Assembly: GCA_009859145.1 (NCBI GenBank)
Contig: VRVR01000014.1
Span: forward strand, 251,618 to 315,617
Length of the DNA: 64,000 nt
DNA from: Andalucia godoyi And28
Lineage: Eukaryota; Protista; Jakobida
Direction of reading: 5' to 3'
In this document: in pieces, positions 10,808 to 20,830 of the stretch
Layout: each line of letters starts with the position of its first letter
Position numbering within the stretch: the first letter of the stretch is position 1
Translations under genes and position numbers: made by a program
Notes under the pieces: generated by a model
What the model was told of the DNA's origin: nothing
The model's database searches: none
What the model saw: only the letters and a program-made list of their open reading frames with translations

Positions 10808-11959
10808 ATGATGAAACCATCGACTTCAAATTCGAAATCCAGTCTTCAGTTCAAGACCGTCGACGAGGTGCTGCATTCTGAAGATGACATCATAGGAGGT
10901 CATTACTGCCCGACTGCGCTCCTCGGGTCTGGTGCTTTCTCCTTGGTTCTAGCCGCTGTGGAACAGAAAACACAAGATCCTGTTGCCATAAAGGTCATAC
11001 AATCTTCTTTTTCCCCCGTCGGTCAACAGGAGGTCAACATCATGCAAACAATAGCGTCGCTTCCGCATTACGACATTTCCAGAATTGTCAGGTTCCAAGA
11101 GTCTTTTGTGCATGACGGGCACGTTTGCCTTGTTTTCGAACGCCTTTCTACTCCAGTTTCTTCGATGAAAATGAACTTCAACAGCTGGAAACGAGCGCTG
11201 CATGACACTCTCTGCGGGCTCGCATTTTTGCATTGCAATCAGTTTGTGCATGCAGACTTGAAGCCGGAAAACATTTTGGCGGATGGGCATGGAGGATTCA
11301 AAATTGCAGATCTCGGAAATTCTTTCCCTTTGTCGCAGAAACATCTTTATTTTGACGACTTTGATCTGCAGACCCCGGCATATCGTGCGCCAGAAATCTT
11401 GCACCGAAGCCGTGACTTTGGTGTGAAGGTTGATGTGTGGTCCGCAGGCATTGTGTTCCTGAATTTGTTGAAGAGACACGACCTGGTGACCTTTCCTCCT
11501 GATATCGCACATGTCGATTCGTCACTTCATATGCCCTCAGTCCTGTCACGATTACTTGTCGGATCGGAATGGGACCTTCTGAAATCGCTTTTTCACGGTT
11601 TGTTGTGTGCGGATCCTGCGTCTCGCCATTCTTCCTCTCAAGCTGTTTTTCACCCGTTCTTCCGGGAATTGAATCCGTATGTTTCTTTTTTGTGCACAGC
11701 TCCGATTCTTCCTGACATTCCAAAGGATGACGCGGAGTTGTTGCCTGAAGATGCTCCGTCGGTCCTCGATGCAGAGCCTCCTCCAAAAAAAGCAAAACTT
11801 CTGGAGGAATACGGGATACGATTGAACCCAAACACGACAACAGTGATATCGACACGCCTTTATTCTACAGATGAGCTATCCAATTCATTTCAATCCGAAG
11901 TATCGTCGCAACTTGTTCACGATGCCGAACATTTGAGCCAGGAACTTCAATTAATGTGA
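10808..11959 (+). CDS. CMGC-group Ser/Thr protein kinase (SRPK/DYRK-like, non-RD)
   Basis: GSGAFS glycine loop, VAIK, HVCLVFERL, HADLKPEN, KIADLGN, QTPAYRAPE, DVWSAG. First plausible ATGs are at 10808/10811; the TTG-started upstream part is probably UTR. Confidence 0.85.
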   Translation: MMKPSTSNSKSSLQFKTVDEVLHSEDDIIGGHYCPTALLGSGAFSLVLAAVEQKTQDPVAIKVIQSSFSPVGQQEVNIMQTIASLPHYDISRIVRFQESFVHDGHVCLVFERLSTPVSSMKMNFNSWKRALHDTLCGLAFLHCNQFVHADLKPENILADGHGGFKIADLGNSFPLSQKHLYFDDFDLQTPAYRAPEILHRSRDFGVKVDVWSAGIVFLNLLKRHDLVTFPPDIAHVDSSLHMPSVLSRLLVGSEWDLLKSLFHGLLCADPASRHSSSQAVFHPFFRELNPYVSFLCTAPILPDIPKDDAELLPEDAPSVLDAEPPPKKAKLLEEYGIRLNPNTTTVISTRLYSTDELSNSFQSEVSSQLVHDAEHLSQELQLM

Positions 11960-12303
11960 CCCGCTAACTCCCGTTGCCTACTCTCCTCCGCCAACGAAGA
12001 GCGAACAGCGCGCAGGAATCGGGTGTGCAACTCGGAGTTTGAATCTGCGTGCCTCATCAGTCTCTGCGCGATGAAGTTGACAGGGTTGACAGTTTGAGAC
12101 CCAACTACCGGTGCCATTTTGGAATTGTGGTCGTCATATGCCGATGCTTCCGATTCGATCAAGGACGCCAGGTCTTGCAGAGCAGGAATCAGGCGGGGAA
12201 ACACATTGGACTGAAGATACGTTTCGTCAAGACCTCCGTTCGACAGCATTGAGGACACTGAAGCAGAGATTGCAGAAAGTATTTGCTTTTCAGATTCATT
12301 CAT
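11947..12303 (-). CDS. Small protein (118 aa) with a Dpy-30/RIIa-like docking motif
   Basis: YLQSNVFPRLIPALQDL...VNPVNFIAQRLMRH matches the Dpy-30-type YLxxxVxPxL...NPxxFLAxYL pattern with an internal insertion, as recalled for EFCAB5/IQCK-type domains. Confidence 0.65.
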   Translation of the reverse strand: MNESEKQILSAISASVSSMLSNGGLDETYLQSNVFPRLIPALQDLASLIESEASAYDDHNSKMAPVVGSQTVNPVNFIAQRLMRHADSNSELHTRFLRAVRSSLAEESRQRELAGHIN

Positions 12304-12577
12304 GACGGTATGCTGTGTGAGGACCTTTGCGTGCGATCTTTATGAGTCTTGAATTCGGACAACGTTTCTCAGAAAAAAAGGAATTCGTTTCATTTTGTCA
12401 ACGTTCAATCGATGAAAAAAGGTTTTTCAAGGTCGACAATTATCGATCTCGGTTTTTGAAATTTTTCTCAACTACTGTTGCTTTCCACCGTCAATTGTCA
12501 AATGCTGCATATCTTCTTCTTCTTTTGTTGTTGTCCTTTGTATTTGTTTTCTCCCGACAAGCAACGGTGAATCGAGT

Positions 12578-14260
12578 ATGGCAGTTACCCCAAAGGAGCC
12601 AATAAGCGACCTCTCTCAAGTGGTTGTTTGTTTGCGTTCTCCTCTTCGGATGGTGACACAGTCATGCAAGCCGTTCGTCACGCAAAAACATAAAGTCGAT
12701 CGTTCGATGCCGCATCCACGCCCATTGAGACACTGCGATACTTGCGCGCGAAAATAAAAATGGAACATCACTTCCGCAACCCTCGGTACTCGATGCTCGG
12801 TTGACGAGACTTGCAATCGGACTGGGCAATTTTTCTGCCCTGGCCTGCGCCGTATCGCTGGTCTTGCCACGGAGAATGTTTTTGTTGGCTCCTCTCTGAA
12901 TGTACAGCATGTCTCTGATGTAATATACTCATCAACCATCACATCAAGTGGAGGCCGGTAACAAGATGTTACTGCGCTCGAGCTCGACAATTCGAGTTCG
13001 CCGCTGCGCTTGACACAGACTCCGCATCGTCAGGAGCCCCCACGAGAGAACGATCGTCAGCAGGACCCACAGGCATGCAGAAGACAAAGTCCCTATAATT
13101 GCTACTGTGACCACATACATCCGTTCGTCGGAGTCTCCAAGAACGAGCAGGAGTTCCAAGACACTCTGAGGCACACCTCCATGTTTCGAGTGTGCCTGTC
13201 CTGTGTGGTACAGCAGCCGTGCTGTGCATCGACGACTGGAAGGATACATCCCTGTGGTCGCGCTTGTCAAGCTATTCGAAGACGTGAGACTCCACAAAGG
13301 AGATTCGTCTTTGATATGGAAACGCTTCCACACTTCTATCGTTTGCAATAAGGATTCGATCCGTGATCGGTTATCGAAAGATGGCAGTATGTGTCTATAC
13401 ATTTTTTAATACTGAGGCAGTGCACGCAGTTGTTTCGTCGCTTCTGGCAAGAAGATCCGATCTATGTACAGCATTCACCAAATATGAACAGATTATGCTG
13501 CATCAGAGATAGGGGGAAACGTCCATACACTCGCAGGAGAAATGCTCATGTTATGGCTGATGAAGCAATCAGTGCGGCGAAAGCATGGCTGACGCACTGC
13601 GAAACACTAATGATGCATTCCAACAGAGAGGAAAGTTGTTCCATGTCAGCAGCACTACCTGCAAACCGCTCGTCACGCTCTCGAACTCGGCTGGAATAAT
13701 TCACGGCTCACAGAAGAGGATGCGTAGCATTAAAGAAAACAGAATCAAAAATGGATGAAAATTACTTAGATGCGTCCTGCAACGTCAACAAAGACTTAAC
13801 TCCCGTCCAGGTGCCAATTCAAAAAACCAGACAATTAGATAACTTGTCCTTGTAACAAGCGGTATGAGGATTGTCTTCCAACTGCACATCATGCACCCCA
13901 ACACAATGCAATAAGTGTCAAGTGAAACGAATTTTTACAAGCCTTGTCGGCAGAACGTGCTTTATCAGCAGTGACATCAAAGATCCGAATTGCAGGTAAG
14001 TGACAACGTATGCAGCGCTTGCGATTTCGATTCTCCGGAGCACTAGCATCGTCTTTTGCAGAGAGTCAGAAGCTTCGACGTTTGATGAAAGCACTCGTAT
14101 TTCCAGCCTGAATGCGCTTCATAAGTCTTTTTCAACAGGATCAACAGTTCGAATGAGGACTCGGCGTCTTGTTAAAGCAGCTTTGACACTGTGATTCTCC
14201 TGACCTGATGACGTCGAATGCGATGTTCCACAAAGGTCTGCGTTCTTGGAAATAGGAATG
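12578..14260 (+). pseudogene. Probable decayed protein-coding gene of unknown identity
   Basis: ATG at 12578, then protein-like segments in shifting frames broken by stops, e.g. NEFLQALSAERALSAVTSKIRIAGK*QRMQRLRFRFSGALASSFAESQKLRRLMKALVFPA*MRFISLFQQDQQFE*GLGVLLKQL*, with in-frame TGA at 14001, 14109, 14154, 14184 and TAG at 14253. Confidence 0.4.
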
Positions 14261-15388
14261 CAACACGCTGTTTCTCACGATGTGCAGCTCACGTTCCTCC
14301 TGCGGAGCTGGACATGCGGTTTGCTCGCGACGATTTCTTTTTTTTCAGCTCCGACACCCTTCACTGCAGTCATTCGGAATAGGCGAGTGCGTAGTTGCAT
14401 CCAGGCATGTCGGAGCGACAGTGAGGTCCCGTTCGTTGGATTTTTGTTGTGATTCAAGTTCTGTTTCCCGAAATAGTGATCACCTATTTTGTGCAAGTGC
14501 CCAAGACTAGTGTTTTCTTCCCCCTTTTCGGATACCATCGGAAACTTTTCAGAATGTCCCGTGTTTTGTTGGCAGTTTTCATCCCTGTCAATCTTTATCC
14601 ACCGGAAGTTTCTTTTTACAGAATAGTGTTGCGCTGGAATTCATTTGTTAGATTGGCTGTTTTTAACGTCCTTGCCCAACAATTCCAGCGTGTCATATTT
14701 TTAGCATGCAGGTTATTTATCACCGAGTCAGCTCTTTTGTTCATGACATTGGTTTTTCATACTGTCGTCGTTGTGTTCAAGGATTGTAGGGTTTTTGTTC
14801 TTCTGTTTCGGATACTCAAAAGTGCCATTTCAGCGTGTCAAGTAAGGATTAACCTACCAGTTCGCTTGTCCTCGTAGCGAGAATGATAATCCACTTTTCC
14901 AGTCGTGCCTGAGTTCTTGTGTGTTTTTGCGCACAGTCTGTCATTCTATTTCACGTTTCATTTGTCCTTCAGTCGCTGTTGTGCTTGAATTACACGTTAC
15001 CCTCCCTCAACTGCTCTCTTTCTAAAAGAGTCGGGATGCTGCGTCAGTGAAGTCGATGTGAGACAACGTCATTTGATATATCCATTTGTCTCTTCCTGCC
15101 GTGGGACGGAAGAGTGTTTCTTTGTTACGGATGAAGGTGTGTGTCTGTGAGATGTGATAGCGTTGACGCAGCTTTTCACTGGGGCTGCAGCACTATGTTG
15201 CCGCCTGGAAATCTGGTGCATGATGGTCATTAGAGAATCTCAGATAACGCTTTGTGGTATATCCGAAGTGCACGGCCTGACTGTCGCCTGGTGTGTTCTT
15301 GCGAATTAGAGTCATTTCAAGATGATTTGAGAGTGGTGTAGCGACTGACTGTACTGCCTGTCGACTTGCTCAAACGTAACTTTGCCAT
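14200..15388 (-). pseudogene. Possible second decayed gene converging on the first
   Basis: ATG at 15388 followed by K/E/Q/S-rich frames with many stops. The hydrophobic plus-strand ORF 14449..14877 looks like its antisense shadow. Confidence 0.25.
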
Positions 15389-15911
15389 AACAGTGGACTT
15401 TTCTTCTTCTTCTTCTGACATTAAACACAGGATAATGGTAGTTGGTGAAGCATGTTGGGTCTCCGATTGGGACTACTCACCCATGTACTAGATGGTGTCG
15501 CACCCAAGAGACCCCATAATCTGCAAGTATGTTTCGACGACCTACTTAAGGGCAAGTAAGACGTGCACGTTGCAAAACACACACTCGGTCCTATCAAGAA
15601 AGAGAAAAAGAAAGGAAAAAAAGAAGAAAACAAAGAAGAAAATCAAAACCAGAGGAAAAATCAGAGTGGGAAACAGAACGCGAAATCTCAGAAGTGCGAG
15701 AGCGAATAGAGGCAGACGCCATACTTACAATCAATTGACGCTTCTTTGCTCTTTACAGTGGGAGGCTGTTCACTTCCACTTTCCGGCGTTGTGAACTTCC
15801 AAAACCATCTCGTGTATCTTGTTTTTCTTGGTTCTCCTGCGTTCTTCACACACATGCGACCCATGCGCTAGCTAGAACAAAGCATCCAAATAGGCCGCTG
15901 ACCACACAATC

Positions 15912-17663
15912 ATGATATGGAGAGTTGGCGTCTTCCTGGTTTTCCTTTGTTGCTCAATCTGCTTCTTACCACAGTGTGCCCGGTGCCTCGAGGACTCTCA
16001 CGCTTTTTCGAGTTCCGATGCTGTTTCTGTTTTTGCGAACAAGGTTGCACCGTCTCATAACCCCCAAGAGACGTATTATTTCTTTTCGCTTCCTTGGTGC
16101 ACACCTTCTGTCTCCAGAGAGAAGAGGTCCAGTCTTGGAGAAGCAATCCAGGGCATTCGGCTGGTTGATACGGGGATTTCAATTCCGTTCCGCCAGGAAG
16201 TGAGATCCACGGTTGTTTGCAGGAAGTCATTTTCCGAGGAAGAAGTAGATGCATTTTTGCATGCAGTAGAGCAAAATTATTGGTTTGAATTGTACATAGA
16301 CGACCTCCCAGTTTGGGGATTTGTTGGTGCGGAAAAGGACCGGCATTCGTACCTGTTTTCTCATTGGCACTTTGATCTCGGATCAAACCAAGACAAGATT
16401 GTCGAGGTCAATCTCACTGTGTCGAAAGCGATTCTTGTCAATTCGCCACAAGTGCAGTTTACGTATTCCGCCGCGTGGTTTGACTCCGATGTTTCCTACG
16501 AGGACAGGATGTCTCGGCATTTGGACCGCGCGTTTTTTGAACAAAGCATCCACTGGGCAGCGATTCACAATTCGTTTATGGTTGTTGCAATTGTTGCCGG
16601 GGTCGTGTTATTTATACTGCATCGGACTCTGAAAATTGATGTCGCGCGATTCAAGAACGAGGTTGAAAGCCAGCTGCCCTCCGAAATTCTTGCCGACGAC
16701 TCGGGATGGAAGCAACTTGGGGGCGATGTGATGCGGAGACCCAAGCATCTGGAATTTTTATGTGCATGTATTGGATCTGGTGCACAACTGTGTATAATGG
16801 TGCTACTCACGATCATTGCTGCTTTTTTGGGCAATCTTCACTATACTCGAGGTTCCATTGTCAATGCGTGGATCGCGTTTTTTGTCCTGACCGAAATCAT
16901 CTCGGGCTTCTTTTCTGGCTATTACTACTGTTTGTATAATCAGCCGATGTGGATTCGAAATGCACTAATCACTGCGTCTCTGTTTCCGGCTTGTTGCGGG
17001 GGTGTTGCTGTGTTTGTCAATATCTTTGCTGTCATGTATGGTTCGTCGGCTGCGATTCCGTCACTCACGATGCTTAGTATTTTTGCGTTGTGGATATTCT
17101 TTGCGCTGCCGATGGTACTTGTTGGCACTCTGAGTGGCCGTGTCCTTGCAAAACGCGCCTACGATCCGGAGTTGATGCGAGTGTGTGCCATTCCCAGACG
17201 AATTCCAGAAAAATCGACGCTTTTGCAGTCTTGGGTCCTGATTGCAGGATCCGGAGCCGTCCAGTTCTTTGGAATCTTCATGGAGCTGTACTTTATCTTT
17301 ACTAGCTTTTGGAACTATAAGCTGTATTATGTGTACGGCTTCATGTTGCTTGTGTTTCTCGCTCTTGTGGTTATCTGTGCGTGTGCTGTCACTGCAGCGA
17401 CGTTTCTTCACCTCAATTCAGAGGATCATCGTTGGCAGTGGTTTTCCTTCGCAGCCGGTGCGTCTGTTGGGGTCTATGTCTTTTCGTACTCTGCGTATTA
17501 CTACAGAGTGCACACCGAAATGCGCGGAGCTTTTCAGTTTGTCTTCTTTTTTGGGTACAGTGGTCTGTTTTCGTGTGTCATTGGCCTTCTATGTGGCACC
17601 ATTGGTTTCTTATCGTCCAAGTATTTTGTGGAAAAGATATACAGAAACCTGAAAGCAGATTGA
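15912..17663 (+). CDS. Transmembrane 9 superfamily protein (TM9SF/EMP70)
   Basis: Signal peptide, YYFFSLPWC, WFELYIDDLPVWGFVG, GWKQLGGDVMR, nine TM segments, EDHRWQW and a C-terminal KxD Golgi motif (NLKAD). Confidence 0.95.
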   Translation: MIWRVGVFLVFLCCSICFLPQCARCLEDSHAFSSSDAVSVFANKVAPSHNPQETYYFFSLPWCTPSVSREKRSSLGEAIQGIRLVDTGISIPFRQEVRSTVVCRKSFSEEEVDAFLHAVEQNYWFELYIDDLPVWGFVGAEKDRHSYLFSHWHFDLGSNQDKIVEVNLTVSKAILVNSPQVQFTYSAAWFDSDVSYEDRMSRHLDRAFFEQSIHWAAIHNSFMVVAIVAGVVLFILHRTLKIDVARFKNEVESQLPSEILADDSGWKQLGGDVMRRPKHLEFLCACIGSGAQLCIMVLLTIIAAFLGNLHYTRGSIVNAWIAFFVLTEIISGFFSGYYYCLYNQPMWIRNALITASLFPACCGGVAVFVNIFAVMYGSSAAIPSLTMLSIFALWIFFALPMVLVGTLSGRVLAKRAYDPELMRVCAIPRRIPEKSTLLQSWVLIAGSGAVQFFGIFMELYFIFTSFWNYKLYYVYGFMLLVFLALVVICACAVTAATFLHLNSEDHRWQWFSFAAGASVGVYVFSYSAYYYRVHTEMRGAFQFVFFFGYSGLFSCVIGLLCGTIGFLSSKYFVEKIYRNLKAD

Positions 17664-17867
17664 TAAACAATGATGTTCATTTTGAATGGAGCAATGAAGC
17701 AGGGGCAGGAGTACTTTGGAAAAAAAGATACAAAAAAAAAGGACTTGAGAAATGAGTTACCTACAAACCGGACGAAACAAAAGGTCGGCAAAAACGACAC
17801 CAGCCAGTGATGTGAAGCGTTCTGCCCAAGGGTCCACTTCCAAGAAGAACAAGCACACAGGACATCT

Positions 17868-17975
17868 TTAGGATGATTGGGAGCGCTTTCTGGAATAGGC
17901 TCCAAGACCTGCAAAGATCATGACGAGGCCAATAAAAATACCAACAACGATTGCAATAGCGTCTCCGGCGTCCAT
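17868..17975 (-). CDS. 35-aa single-pass membrane microprotein, SMIM30-like; below the ORF-track cut-off
   Basis: ATG 17975 to TAA 17868 translates MDAGDAIAIVVGIFIGLVMIFAGLGAYSRKRSQSS, which resembles the SMIM30 core as I recall it (AGDAIALLLGVVL...CLGVYARKR). It lies tail-to-tail with TM9SF. Confidence 0.75.
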   Translation of the reverse strand: MDAGDAIAIVVGIFIGLVMIFAGLGAYSRKRSQSS

Positions 17976-18420
17976 GGTGTTATAGCAGTCCTTTGGGGGA
18001 TACACTGTGAGATACACTGTGAGAAAGATGCAGAAAAACCAAAATGAAGTAAAAACAGAAAGCTAACAACAATAAAAAAATAGGGGAAATTCCCTCCAGA
18101 GTTTTTGGAAATGCTCTCGGTTTCTTCTGGAACTTGGGCTTTTTGCAAAATCCGCTAACCCTTGCTGCAACCCTCAACAGTGTCCGTCCAATTCCTGAGG
18201 GTCTGATTGTTCAACTACAGCCGATTCCTCCTGTCTCTCCCACCCAAAAGATAAATGTCTTCCTGGGGTCGGAAATAAGGGAGAAAGAGGGAAGGGGGGT
18301 GAAGGGGGAAGAAAGATGAGATATGCACAGACATACTTTGCGTGATAATATACATCATAGCATATAGAGTACAGAGGGATATTCATCCGAGGAATAAGTG
18401 ACAGCAACGAGTAAAAAGAG

Positions 18421-19548
18421 CTACCTCACTTCTTGGTGAACAGCCGGGTTGATGACAGATATTGGCATCGAAGCTCTTCTTGACATGTCGACGGGGCAAT
18501 CCAGTGCTTCGAAGAACAACAAGTAGCCGGTTTCTGTAGTTCCTGTCGTTTCGTGCGGAAGTCCAAACACTGATTCAACTTCGCTTTCATCGATCAGTTC
18601 TGCGGATCCGTCATCGAAAAGGATCCAGTGATCTTGAGACTTAATCATTGAAATGTAGTGTCCATGGTTCGGACCAGACCCAATGTGGACCACAACAGCA
18701 AACAGCGAATAGAGAATGTCGTCGGCACTGTTAAAATCTGGCCCGCCCCCATCTGTTTCAATCGTGTTCACAAGTCTCAGTTCGTGCGGAAACACAACCC
18801 TGTAAGACAGTTTTTTGAATCTCTGAAGCTGTTCTACATACTTGAAACGCTTCAAATGAATCGCAAGGATTTTTGGGAGCTTCTTCACACATATTCTCTT
18901 CTGAGCTTCTTGAAGAGACGCACATTTGTCACAATGAAACTTGTTGTTTCGAGCCAGCATTTCCACCGAAGAAAACGATCTCAAGCAGGCGGTTAGAGAG
19001 CAATTCTGCTGGACATCGACGGAAAGATCAAAGCACATTTCATCTCGAGAAGTGACTGTTTCACAGGTAAGGCACTTCGTTTCCGAGGTCAGCGTCCCTG
19101 CAAACAGATCGTGCACCCACGAACGGATTTCCAGCAGACTCGCTGTGTTTCCATTTGCCTTTTCCTGCTTCTGAAGATATTCAGCAACGTCGTTGATCAA
19201 GAAATTAAAAAATTCATGAGCATCTTGCTGAGCATATCCACGGAAAAGCTCGTTTTCTTTCCGGAGTTTTTGAACAAACTTCCGTGGAGCAACAGACCCC
19301 GTCTTTTTCTTTGAAGAGTTAACTTGAACAAATAGATCTGCAAGACACCCAAGCAGCGTTTCGTCGTCCGATGGATGACGGTGTGCATACTCCAGGACTT
19401 TGTTGCGAAATGGGGCGCAATAATAAAGAGCTTGAAGGACAGAATTGCAGTAGCAAGTGTTCCCAAAATTCTCGAAGCCAAGGTAGTGTTCGTTTTCGGG
19501 AAAACTGGCCCCTAACGCCTTTTCTAGTTTAGATGGCTGTCCGCCCAT
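18421..19548 (-). CDS. Ubiquitin-specific protease, USP12/USP46 family
   Basis: MG...SKLEKALG N-terminus, Cys box [25 protein letters not shown], His box [11 protein letters not shown]. Confidence 0.95.
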   Translation of the reverse strand: MGGQPSKLEKALGASFPENEHYLGFENFGNTCYCNSVLQALYYCAPFRNKVLEYAHRHPSDDETLLGCLADLFVQVNSSKKKTGSVAPRKFVQKLRKENELFRGYAQQDAHEFFNFLINDVAEYLQKQEKANGNTASLLEIRSWVHDLFAGTLTSETKCLTCETVTSRDEMCFDLSVDVQQNCSLTACLRSFSSVEMLARNNKFHCDKCASLQEAQKRICVKKLPKILAIHLKRFKYVEQLQRFKKLSYRVVFPHELRLVNTIETDGGGPDFNSADDILYSLFAVVVHIGSGPNHGHYISMIKSQDHWILFDDGSAELIDESEVESVFGLPHETTGTTETGYLLFFEALDCPVDMSRRASMPISVINPAVHQEVR

Positions 19549-20076
19549 GCGATTTTCTCAAATCTAAATTCACCAGGGAAAACAGGTCCAAAGTATTGTG
19601 CTGTAGGAATACACATGTCCATATCCTTGCGCTCATCATTAAATACCCAGACTTTTTGCTCGTGTTGAAAGATGTGTTGCGATGGTTGCTCATACGTTGT
19701 TTGCACTACAGTAGGTGCTGCGAATCTCGACAGAAAACCGAGAAGGTCACTCAAAAATGCTTCATTCATTCATTGTCGAGGCAACTCTTCTTTAAAAAAA
19801 GTAGCGTTTGTTATTTTTCGATCTGAGATGTTTTATAATATATAGAGGAACCACATGAGATGCAAAATTCGGAACCCCGTTTAATTAATTTAAAAAAATG
19901 CATCTCGAAGCGAGCGCGGTTAAAGCCAAAACACTTTGATTTCTCTTCCACGACGCTCAGAAGATGATGGGGCTTCCTCTGGAAAGATCGAGTAAATCGT
20001 GGACGCCTCTACTCCGTCGAATCCATCCAAAACTACCTCGCAAGCCGCTCCGTCACCACTGCCACGGAAAAAAAGA

Positions 20077-20541
20077 ATGCAAAGAGAAGACGATCTGTTG
20101 CGCGAGAGTTCTCCAGCGATCATCAACGGCCCGATCTCGAAACGACAAGTCCAAGACCCTTCAAACGACAATATCGCGTCCGGGAGCAACTTCAACCGCC
20201 CCGGTCTTAAAGACGATGCCGTAGCGGAAACGTCGAAGAAGCTGTGGTTGTCCACAAAGACCGTGTCGCTCGATTCGGTTTCGATCTCCTCAGCTTGGAT
20301 TTTCCCAGACGTTTGCTGTTCGACTCCGATCATTCACACGGACACGACGAGCAGCGTTGACCTGTTGTGGTCCACGACGAAGCAACTGAAGAGTACAAAC
20401 ATTGTGGAGTTCGAAGTGGATCGCGATTGGCTTTGGTGCTCGAAATGCATGTTTGAAGCATTATTCAATCATTCTGAGCGCCTTTGCTTTAAGCGAAGTG
20501 CGCGATGGGTGCCTCGGCGCTTCTCGTGTACGGAGTTGTAA
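20077..20541 (+). CDS. Hypothetical protein, possibly degenerate
   Basis: Open frame 19999..20541 with first ATG at 20077. The orientation fits the local head-to-head/tail-to-tail pattern, but an in-frame TAA lies just upstream and there is a competing antisense ORF (19920..20333). Confidence 0.3.
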   Translation: MQREDDLLRESSPAIINGPISKRQVQDPSNDNIASGSNFNRPGLKDDAVAETSKKLWLSTKTVSLDSVSISSAWIFPDVCCSTPIIHTDTTSSVDLLWSTTKQLKSTNIVEFEVDRDWLWCSKCMFEALFNHSERLCFKRSARWVPRRFSCTEL

Positions 20542-20830
20542 GCATAAATCTCATGAAAGCGAGGCGAGTGTTGTTGCCAGTACTGATCAACACTGATTAG
20601 TATTGGAACGAGGCGAGAGAAACTAAATACATACCCCAAACAGCAGAGTGACGGATGAAAATGCGGGACACGGTGGTGAAGAAACCGAAAAAGGGCTCAC
20701 AGATGAATGCACAACCATGATTTTTATCCTTGTCAATCCACGGACTCCCCTCCGCCTTCCTCCCCCCGGCGATCAACCCCCTCTTCAGAATGGGGGCGTC
20801 TTGAATTCCGAATGGCAAAATTTGTCAATG

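Noticed and set aside
14001-14186. Run of in-frame TGA codons suggesting selenocysteine or a TGA=Trp code
   Set aside because: Neighbouring conserved genes (NUF2, USP12/46-flanking genes, kinase, TM9SF) terminate at TGA; there is no redox motif or evident SECIS; other stop types occur in the same region.
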